Source: Phoronis australis (taxonomy: Eukaryota > Animalia > Phoronida). From it: a stretch of 64,000 nucleotides of DNA. The notes below the pieces were generated by a model that was given only the letters and a program-made list of their open reading frames with translations, was not told the origin of the DNA and made no database searches. Location: NCBI GenBank assembly GCA_002633005.1, contig NMRA01000168.1:313129-377128 (forward strand). The letters are read 5' to 3'. Both the position numbers and the translations under genes were made by a program. This document shows positions 53,402-64,000 of the stretch, one piece after another (within the stretch, counting starts at the first letter, position 1; each line of letters starts with the position of its first letter).

Positions 53402-56400
53402 ATGACGACACTGAGTTTCACGTGCATCACGTGTCGGGTAGCCTTTGGTGATGCTGATTTCCAAAGATCGCACTATAAGACAGACTGGCACAAGTACAAC
53501 CTCAAGCGGAAAGTAGCTGAGCTGCCTCCAGTCACGGCAGAGAACTTCCAGCAACGAGTCTTAGCACAGAGAGCACAGGTGATTGCTTATGGTTAAGCTT
53601 GAGTTGCTTAAGGTTTGATCTTAACAGCAACTCCGTGTATATAGCCAAATGTATGAAAAACTATGAGGTTTGCTTAAACTTGATAAAACTGTAAAACTGA
53701 AATTGGAAATCATTTTGAATTCAGTTTTAGCCATTATACCTGTCTACCATTGATTTGGTCATAAAACAATGTTTTTTTAGGGAAATTTGCAAAAAGGGTG
53801 CATTCATAACAAGAAAGCTGCTTTGTGTTTTTCAAATTCCTTTTAATTTAGAAATCTCAAAAACAATGTGCAGAACTTTTTAAAAGTTATTTTAAGTAAG
53901 CATCTTTGGATTTTTTTTCACAAAAATCCCAATTTTGATAGCAGCTCATGCAAAATTGACACATTTTAAAAGCAATATGTGACTGCATTTCTTAGAACAA
54001 AGTTGTTTCGTTTGAGTCCATTCAACCATCTTTGATACAACATGATTAATTAGCCAACTTTCAACTTCTAGGGCTGTATTTATTCCTTTTTCTGGTCTGA
54101 AGCACTCAACACTTTCAGTAGTAAGAATGTTAGTTTCTCCTTGACACGTGGATTGATTTGTGTTGTGTAGAAGGAGGCAGTGTGGCCTGGTTCATAAGTG
54201 CTCGCTTTCTGTACTGGAGGTCGTGGGTTCGAGTCCCACCAGGTCACATTGCTAAACCCTTGAGCCAGGTTTCTAGCTCCTCAGCTCGGTTTTAACTATA
54301 TATTTATGAAGCATAAAAATAGTTCCAGGTGATCAGTGCAATGGGCTCACAAGCGAGGCCTACGCACGTCTGGTACAACGTGTATTAGACCACCTGCAAT
54401 TGTTTTTTGTGACTTGTATAGCTGAGAGTATGTGGGACAATTAAAACTGCATGTTGTCCTGTGTTACCAAGAAATGGAAATCAAATTAGGGTATTTTACT
54501 GATGGGATTGAGTCGCTGATGGTTTCGATGTTCTTGTTGGTACCGCAAAATTAATAAAATCCTATCACGCTAAGCAATATGAGACCAATTTCATGAGATT
54601 AAAATGCTTAATTCGATTTTCATTTTTAGCCCACTAAACAGAGGGAAATTTAGCTTTGAAGGATCTGCCTACACTTCACTGTATTTATTAACACGACTGC
54701 TCAAAAATATAAGAGAAGTCCTTAAACTATACGTTAAAGTATTTTCCTTTTGTTACTTTATTTTCTCTTAATAAATAGTTTAAACTGTTAAGCTAATATG
54801 TTAATTCAATTTCTGGGCTGTTTTTATACTTTTGTAAGAAATGAAGAACCTAAATGTATACATGTTTCTTTTAGGTAAAAATTTCCAGAAGGAAATGAAG
54901 CATGTATTTCTAGTCTTATGAACATTGCCTAGTTTTGCCTGTAGGTCTAAAATTATTGCCTAAAATATGCACTTAACTGAAAATTTGAATTTTGTCTTCA
55001 CCTAGGATTCTAAACAAGGAGGCAGTAGTTCCTCCTATTGTCAGCTTTGTAACAAACAGTTCAGTACTCAAAATGCATTCGAGAACCATGTCAAGTCGAA
55101 GAAACACAAAGAGAACGAAGACAGAACACAGCAACAGCAAGACATGGTCAAAGCAGAGAAAGAGAAAAATATTGAAAAAGGTCACATTGACATTGCTGAA
55201 AGTGAAAAGGGATCAGAAAGTAAACCCAATGATAATACGTCAGGTCAAAGTTCAAGTCAGAAATCCAGGTTGCCATTAAGGTCAAAAGTTCAGTCTGCTG
55301 ACTTTGAAGCTGTAGAAGATGATGGTATGCTCTTTCAAATAAACTTTTGCACTCTAGTCAGAATTTTGCTCCAAATTTTTGTTCTTTTAAAGTATTTTCT
55401 AATATGTCCATGATCTAAAGTATGAAACTTCTCTTATCGGTGTTAATCTGAAGTAATAATTCCGGACTGCAAATATCAACTGGAAATTTGAAATGGAAGG
55501 GCAGCTTAAGAAATTTTAGTTTTACTTGAGCAATGTCACTCGAGTTGGATTGTTTTCTCCGGGTCCCCAGTCTAAATTTTGATTATAACCAGTGATGCCA
55601 TTAATATTTGATATTATTAGGATCATATCTTTGATTGCTTTCTCTAGAAACAAATAACTTATATGTGGCATTAAAATCAGATTGTGCATTGAAGTGTTCT
55701 TGACTTAATCGCTAAATTAAGAGTAATTACCGTATGTACATAGATGCATGGGTTTCACTTAATGTTTTTGATAGCTGTGATGACGACTGCCTTTGTTCAC
55801 AGATATGCTCTCTGATACGGAGAGTGTTGACTCATGGGAAGGCGACGCCCTGGGTTTAGAAGAGTGCCTGTTTTGTTCCAAAGTGTCCAAGTCGCTGGAT
55901 AGTAACATCAAACACATGACCGTCTCTCACAGCTTTTTCTTACCAGACGCGGAGTACCTGATCGACCTTGAAGGACTCATTACCTACCTAGGTAAGTGCA
56001 GATGCACTGAAAATCATCTAAAGTCTGTTAACCTTTTTACAGATAGCTGTAAACTGATGTGTGCTCGTGAATGAGTAGATGTAATCAGTGTGACACTTAA
56101 AATCATACCAAACCTATTTTTTGGCATACCGGAAAATATTGAAAATGACCTTGCCATGCATTTCGATGAAAAAGTAATGCTCTGTAACCATCCACAACCC
56201 AAAAAAATGTGGAGAAAATTTTGAAAACTCCTAGCAAAATATGCTATGTGGGCCAATGTGGCCTGTGCTTTAGGCGAGTAACACAACTGCAGGGAAAGAC
56301 CACCCACATAGGGAGTGAGTTTTTATTTGAATCCTGCTTTTATTACTCCAGTGGGACACCAATGATGCATTAGCAGGTGACAGAACAAGGATTGGTTGGA

Positions 56401-59400
56401 ATCGGCTAAACAGGGTTTAGTTTTGATCATTCATGTTTCAACGGCACACAGTAGATCAGTCACTCCCAAATCCACACTCCGTTCATTTTCTAGACAACTC
56501 CAGGCTCTTTTTGTGAAAAGAATAAGATTCTGTCACCTAATGCTAAATAGAAAAGAGTTACAGAGAAGCTACAGCTACGACAACTCTCCACTTATTTCGC
56601 ACAAAAATAATTGCCAAAACTGTCACTTTTCCATTTTTTTCCAAGTCTGATAACTTTGCTACAATAGTGGAAACTTCAACAAATATTGTTTTATGACATG
56701 TACAAGATATTACTAGATTAGTTGCAGTGGACTAAAATTTCGTCATTATTTGTTTTTCTGGAGAAATTTGATGTCGGCCATATTGTGTGCTAACCCAGTT
56801 GAAAATATTGTACTTGTAGGGGAGTCTATAGGATTAGCAGTAAGTGTGTCACAGTGGCTGACCTACTTTCATTGTTTCATTAGTACACCTTACATGTTAT
56901 TTAAGTTGTATCTGGGACTGGTTATGTGAAACTTGTCTTTGGTCTATGGTCTTGAATTTAATGATGTCAGCATATTGCTCAACAGTTGTCATAAGATGTG
57001 CGTGTAGACTTGATGCCATTGTCGCTGTCATGAAGTTTGGTGTTCAGATTTGAAAATGTTTCTTGTTTTTGAAAGTCTCACAGAATGTATATATTATTTG
57101 CAGAGCTATCCTCAGACGATTTCAGTAATTTAAGCATTGAGCCTCACCCTGTAGTATCTTTCTAGAATGTATCATTTAGGCTGGCCTTTTCACTGATCAA
57201 AGTAAAATGCCAATGAAAAAACTAAACAAGTATATGTCTTTCAACATTTTGCTTTGACATGTTGACAAATATCATAGCCTTGGAAGAGCAATGTAGAACG
57301 TAAAAGCAGGAGAAATGCGATACCATTACCAGGACTCACATGAATACTTTTTGCTTTGATAAAGTTTTGAAACGTGAGGTTAAACCATTAAGTTATGAAA
57401 GTTTTTTTGCAAATTTAAAACAAACACCTAGCATAGAAATAGATATAATCATACCTATGGTTTCTGTTTTAAAATTTTTCAAACAAAGTTGACAAAATCG
57501 CGAGCTGCCGTAAGAGAGACTAGTCACTTGTTTCATCACAGGTGAAAAAGTTGGGGCAGGTAACATGTGCCTTTGGTGTAATGAGAAAGGAAAGGCGTTC
57601 TACTCGACCAAGGCAGCTCAACAGCACATGGTGGATAAAGGTCACTGTAAGATGTTACACGAGGGCGACGCTCTATTGGAGTACTCAGACTTCTATGACT
57701 ACAGGTTTGTCAGTTGCATTTGATGGGGAGTGGTGGTTTTATTTTCTTGTTTCAGAGCAAGCATTTGGGTCTTCAAATAAGACATTAAAGAAAAAATTAA
57801 TTGTGTATCTTTTTGAGTAATACTCAAAACGCTGAAATTCGAAGCATACAACATCAGGAAAAAACTTTACAAATGCTAGTAAGTTGGGAAATATAATTAA
57901 TGATTATACTGTAGGAAGATGTTAGTAACCCAATACATGTGCATTGCATATTTTAGTAACCCAATACATGTAGATTTCACATTTTTGCTGTTTTGCTGGA
58001 GACTCTTCCTGTGCTTAGACGACTGTAACGGAACTACTAATTTGCCATACGTGTTTGCAGATTTGTCATTGATAATGTCCAAAATGCAAATCGTGATTTT
58101 TTTAACATCAACTATAAATCAAAACTCTGTCAAACACCTTTAAGTCAAGAAATATGGTAATGAAGCTACGAATTGGATTTCAAAATTCACTTGCCATGTC
58201 AAAGTGTTGTGACATTCAGTTGGAACCGAGATATAACCTGTTAAAGGCCTGCCATGAAACAGCACATTATAAAGGATTTTACCCAAGATGCATTACTTCT
58301 GTCAAGCATGTTCAAATGCAAATGTACTGGTCAACCGGTTAAGATGTCTGATTGGTTTAAAAGCCAGAAGTCATCATCAAGAAATAACCAGATGTCTTCT
58401 CCGGTTTACCAAGGGGAGCTGGAGAAGTCATTGGTGTGAACCCACTGTTTCATATCCTAATTACTATGTAATTCATCATTGTAATACTGGCAAACTTATT
58501 TTATTGGATTTTGTGTTGCAATATTGACATCAAGAAATTGTCTAAAAGGACAAATATCAGTGCTGCATGTTCTTTCCTTGTTATTAATCTTGAGAGTGTC
58601 TGAGATTTTGAAATGTTGGTCATTCACGCAATGTAGTTTACTACCTTTGCTAAAAAGGAGTATTCAGTCCAGGACAGGCCCACTGGACCTGTTTTATAGC
58701 GGTAAGCAGTCTATATAAAAAGTTCTTTAATTGGTCGCAACACAGGCTTATAGCCTCTTTAAGCGACATTGCTGTATCCTATAATTACAAAGTGCATGTT
58801 AACATTACTGCAGGAGTAGTTACCCTGACTATGAGGAGGGTGTAGATGTCGAGATGGGGGAAGATGGAGAAGAAGAGGAAGTAACTCTTGTGGAACTGGA
58901 GGAAGATAATTACCAATTGGTGCTTCCATCTGGTGGGTACCTCTGGAATTTCCTTTCTTTTTTGCTGGAGATTAACCTGTCCAAGGTATAGTTTCGGCGG
59001 ATGGCATTTTCACGACTAAAGTCATCTCCTAATATCTATGTACTTAGGGGTCTCAAATGTAACGCTAGGGTGTATCAGTACTATCCGTCGCTTACGTGGA
59101 AAGTCCATGAAACATTCTCTGGAATATATGGTTACGAGAATCCTTTGTTAAGTAAACTATCGGTAACAAGTTTGGTATCAATGAATTCATTTGTTTAAGG
59201 TTTTGGTGTCCATTCCCTCTGTGGGTAGGAAAAAGTAATAGTGTTTAGTCACACATTTTTTAAATATGCGCCCTTGGGCTTCTTTTGTGTAATTTTCCAG
59301 AGTGTACTTAGCTAGACTTGCATTCCCTTTACCATTAAGATGTATTTGTATGCTCCTAACTATGCTAATGTATAACAGGAACTCAACAACAATGCTATTT

Positions 59401-62400
59401 CAACATAATCTATGCTAAACAAAATGCAGTTGTATTCATTAACAATTTGTCAACGTGAAAACAAAAATTTCTGAAAATAGGTGACCTTAGCACCAATAAA
59501 GTCTCGCGAGCTCACAAAGCCCGCATCATGCAGCGTTGTTCCCCAGCACCACGTCCTTATACTTACTGGACACGGTTCAGTGATTTGCAGCAGATCATTT
59601 TTGCCACAAAACTCGTTCTTAAAAACATTTGGCAACTATCAAGCTACTTCATATTCACGTCGTCGCTATATGTTGCGTTTCTAACTAATTTGGCCAAGCA
59701 CACATAAGTTATTAGCCTGTAATTTCCACTTTAAATCAAATCTTTGAATAGATGTTATTTACTACCGTGACCTTAGTGTCAACTTTAATTTTTTGAGTCC
59801 ATGTCTATATGTACCAAGTTCCAAGTTGGACATTCATGAGCTGGTTTTCAGTCTGGTAGCCATATCTAAACCTGTTAGCCTTCCTGAGTTGTCTTCAAAA
59901 CTCGTCGCTGTATGTTGCACACGGTAAACTCCGACAGCTGTTTTACTTGTATGGCTGCGTGACGTCATCTATTTAGTATTACTGCGTTCAAAGGAAAGTT
60001 GACTGATAATCTCTTGGAGTCTATTTCATGAAAGTGACTTAAGACTTGGACTTGGGCTTCCACTTGACAATTGCTGATAAAAGGTTTAGCCAAGTAATTA
60101 TGAGTGCATGACAGTCTCGGAATAATTTATAGAAATAATCTCAGTAACTAGCAGTTATTTGCATATTTTCAGAGATTTATTAATTTTGCTCAAGTGAGGT
60201 TTAATTACTTATCTGACGGAAAGTTGTTTGGAGCGTAAGACCTAATTTCTGACTTCACTCTTTAGTCACTTTTCGTGAAACAAGACCCTGGATCTTGTTT
60301 GTTTTTAAATTTTTCCTTTGGTTATGTTTATTTAAAGATGCATTCCGCCCAGTTTAGCTCGTTAAAAAGGAAAATCAAATTGGGCCTTTTACTCTCATAA
60401 AATTGGTCTCATAATATTCTTTAAGTTTACTGTAATAGGATTATATTTCTTTTGCCAATAAGAACATCAGAAATACAAGTGACTCTAGAAAACAAGTTTA
60501 TTGGTGTTGGCTAACCCTAAAATAACAAATTGGAAGATGGCTCATATACATGTGGTCAGTGGTTTGAGTTGCCAGTTCACTTTTGCTAGCAATGCACGAT
60601 TGGAAAAGTGTGGTAATATTCTTCAATTCTAAAGTGTTTTTGGTCGAGAATTGAACATTAGCGGCGAAATGGACCTTTAAATTTAAAGGAATTTCACAAT
60701 AACTTGATATTGAATGGTTTTTATTCAATTAGCAACTGAATATCAAGAGTTAATCGTTGTCTCACAAACGAATGGCATTTTCTGTTCACATGGCCTGTCC
60801 AACCAATTGCCTTTTTTCGGGTACAGAGCTAGACAGTCTTGTGACCCTCCAGCATTGTTCGGCTGTCCTGGAACACATAAATAAAAATAGATATTAGAAT
60901 TGACTTGTCAGTCGATTTGAAGCAGGCTGCTGGAGCCTACCAGTACCAACTTGAGCATAAACAGAAAGATTCCGTGCCTTGGTACAAAGCTGTGTAACAA
61001 AATATTAAATTTATCCAACGATATAGCTGTGTATGACAACATCAAAACACAAGAGTCACTGTAGGTGGAAAACTGAAAAAAGTGAAGCTCCCATTTTCAG
61101 CTCTCCCAAGTATATTTGTGTTTTTATCTCTTTGAAACTTTCGAATCTTCCTTCTTTCTGTTAACCAATGAGAAGCGATATTGCAGCAATCCACAGTGCC
61201 ACCTTGCATGGTACTAGGAAATAAATATAACAATATGGTGCACTCCCGTAGCACCAGATGGAGTAGCTACTGCATGATAGGATACTAAACCTCGTTTTGA
61301 TGGTTCAGAGACCTCCTTCTATCACTGGTACCTCTCGTGAACAATAGAAGTGTTATTCAAAAAAGACACTTCCCCTCGTCACCATAAACTGGATACCTTA
61401 TAGTACATTTTGAGATGGATGGTCTTTCCCCACAGTTTTAAAGCAGTGCCAGGAAGGAATTTTCAAACATGCTTCAAACGTTTGAGGATTATGTTACTTA
61501 AAAGATTTTAATGAATAAGGTGTAGTTTGTATCTGTTAATAGGTCAAACTCGGATTTAGTATCCTTTTAATCTAATGGTTGTGAATACGTGCAGTGGTGC
61601 TTGTAAATTTGCTCTGGGAATAGTAAGGTATTCATCTGTAACTCCATCATTATCATCAGTGACTGCAAAATGTTGTTTAGGGCTGGGCTGTGTCTGCAGC
61701 GTAACTGATCTCTCAATAATGCTCAAGAAAGTCGACCTGTACCTGCTTGCCAGTTAGTGTAGCCTACTGTGTCTGTCCTGGTTCGGGTAGATTCCCATAC
61801 CCACAATCCTTCAGTTCTCAGGTCGTTGCCCCCGGTCCACACGCTGATTTCGTTCATAGAAGGCATGCTCAACTGATGTCGAAGCCGGTCCACCAAAAAT
61901 GATTGTTCTGGTTTTGATTCGATAGACACCAGGTGTGACCCTTCACTGTGGCAGCTGGCAAAAGCTTCCGACCAGTTTTTAGGACTTACAGTGACAAATT
62001 TGTAGCAGGAGTCCTGGAATCGTGTATAGTCAGCTCTGCAAGACATAGCTAATTTTAATATCATCAAAGATTCTTGTATATTCTGTTGAGATTTACGGTT
62101 CTCAAGCACTTCCTGTCGCACTCGTGTCAGCTCCTCCCATATTGTTTGTAATTGCGACAGAATGACGTTTGTGAAGCTCCCCTGAATCTCCTCCATTTTG
62201 TTCAGCCTGTCGTCAAGGTGAAGCTTTAACTCTGTGTTGTTCATGGTTTGTTCATGCACCGCATTAGACATTACAATGAGGTTGATGATGCCAATGGACA
62301 CCAGTATGCTTGTACAACTGGCCATCTCGTCAGAGTAAGTGACTGTGTGCTTTGTGAAGCCGATGTTTGTTTGAACCACCTGTCGGCTGACTGTTCTCAC

Positions 62401-63822
62401 GTGTTGATAGGATTCTGTTGTGTAATAGTTGATTATTTGGGCATTATCTAGGGAATGTCTGAGAAGTGTTCATTGGCGGATTTGGTTCATAAAATGGAAA
62501 GACCAGGAGAGAGGCGTTTGCTTCTCGAAATATTCAACTTTTAATATATGGTGCAAGCCATAAGTATTCAGACCCAGAATTGCCTTTTGTGACGGCTGAG
62601 CAGAATTCATGGTCAGAGTAGTCTTCCCTCAGTACTGAAGCGGAATTAACAGGAGTTAATCAACTGATTAACCCATTGTGTAATTAGAATTTTACTCCCC
62701 TGATAATTATTTTCATTGATTTTTGCGGTTAATGGAATTGCAGTATAAGATGATCACTTACTTAGAGATGTGGTAGGTTGGTTGCAGACGTTTCGACCTG
62801 GTCCGCCATGTCTTTGTAAATGAATGAGGGATTTGCCGCCTTTCGCTGGTTAAGAATGTTAGAATACATGGGAGGAATTAGTCGTCATGACGGAAAGTCG
62901 TATTTTGTCCAATTAATTTCGTCTTGTGTTCCATCCATATTCTTTTTCTTGGTGGATGGAGCAGTTATATGCATGCCAATGCCTGGCTTATGTATGTTAC
63001 ATATTGTTCTTTTGTACAGTGAGTGTATGGCCTTTATTACAGAAATAAATTGATATATTTATGAATAACAGTGGCTATAACATGTTACGCATATCCGTAT
63101 GCAACATTTGAAGTTATATCAATCAAGTGCTACTTTGGCTGGTCAAAAATGGCCAACCCCAAACTGACTTAAAATGAGAATGAAACCATTTAGAGAAATA
63201 CGGATGTAGGTGTCTTGACCCGCACACCTTTAGTCTGTTGGACAATTTGGAGGACCTATGGTCCGTGTTTGTTTTTTGTCCTTTTTCGCTTCCTATTTTA
63301 ACGTTAAGCAATCACAGTGTGTCAATGAAATTATTTTTGTGCCAATGACACTTGGCGCCCACACAAAATTTTACCTGAATATATATGTGTATGTGATTTG
63401 ACTTTTATTGCCACTTACAAAATGGCAGGAATTAATATAGTTACGGTATAAACAGCATTGTTTGCAGCTTGTAAAGTTTTATAGCTGGTATCAACATGGT
63501 TGTGATATCGTTGTGCTGTGTTACTGGTGGATTTAGGATGTCGTAAAGGGGGAGGGTGCAACCACGATTTTTGTGGGAAAATGTTTTTTGTCTCTAAGTT
63601 ATTAGACATAAAAGCAGTCCATAACAATACTAGTAAGGAAGCAGTTAAAGTTGTTGTATTACTTTAAACTCCTCTTTTTCTTGTCCTAAGGTAACTCTGT
63701 TGGTCATCGCTCACTGATGCGTTACTACCGCCAAAACCTACCTCCTCAGCGCAAGGTGAACAAGACCTCAGTGGACCGAGTGCTGGGCCAGTATAGAGCT
63801 CTGGGTTGGCAGGGCAGCACTG
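53402..63822 (+). CDS. ZNF622: Zinc finger protein 622 (Rei1 family, cytoplasmic 60S maturation), 3'-incomplete. Exons approx 53402-53578, 55006-55324, 55803-55991, 57542-57704, 58814-58932, 63691-63822
   Basis: FTCITCRVAF...QRSHYKTDWHKYNLKRKVAELPPVTAENF; CLFC...HMTVSHSFFLPDAEYLIDLEGLITYLGEKVG; CLWCNEKGK; HMVDKGHCK; LVLPSG; VGHRSLMRYY. Confidence 0.96.
54173..54290 (+). mobile_element. tRNA-derived SINE head
   Basis: A-box-like GTGGCCTGGTT, B-box GGTTCGAGTCC, then a CCCTTGAGC core-like motif; no intact acceptor stem. Confidence 0.7.
60743..62325 (-). CDS. Secreted C-type lectin (signal peptide, coiled coil, CTLD; perlucin-like), nested in a ZNF622 intron. Exons 62325-61743 and 60867-60743
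   Basis: CRADYTRFQDSCYKF...WSEAFASC....SHLVSIES..EQ; VWTGGND...EG.WVW; YTNWQAG|QPNNAGGSQDCLAL...WLDRPC....FVCE*. Phase-1 GT-AG intron. Confidence 0.9.
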
Positions 63823-64000
63823 GTGAGTATGGAGTGGGGATTAGGTCAGTAAGGAAGATGACCATGTACTGGGCCAGTATAGAGCTTTGTGCTGGCAGTG
63901 CGGTACTGGTGTGTATGGAGTGGGGATTAGGACAGTAAGGAGATGACCATGTACTGAGCCAGTATAGAGCTTTGTGCTGGCAGGGCAGCACTGGTGAGTA
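63783..64000 (+). repeat. 85/86-bp tandem repeat built from a ZNF622 exon end, its donor and the intron start
   Basis: Units begin at 63783, 63869 and 63954 and run off the window. Confidence 0.9.

Noticed and set aside
54173-54245. Functional tRNA gene
   Set aside because: A and B boxes are present but the cloverleaf does not pair, and a SINE-like core follows.

Overview
Intron-rich, AT-rich animal genomic DNA, probably a marine invertebrate (an inference from gene content); nothing indicates a prokaryotic origin and there is no CRISPR array. Genes in order: 3' end of BRCA1 (+), an Ig + 2 CCP/sushi-like type I membrane protein (+), a LECT2-like M23-fold secreted protein (+), gamma-tubulin (-) head-to-head with a FAM134/RETREG ER-phagy receptor (+), RPL37A (-) head-to-head with ZNF622 (+, runs off the window), and a C-type lectin nested antisense in a ZNF622 intron. 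The order BRCA1-TUBG-RETREG-RPL37A-ZNF622 appears to join neighbourhoods that are split among the three human RETREG paralogue loci. The introns hold many transposons with readable ends: an internally deleted Kolobok-type element (THAP transposase facing a P2X7-C-terminal-like ORF), a Mutator-like element containing a 60-bp copy of its own ends with a separate TSD, two hAT-like elements with atypical ends, MITEs (one containing an expanded minisatellite), and Gypsy, LINE, mariner and SINE fossils. All calls come from reading and hand-splicing the sequence, so exon edges may be off by a few bases.
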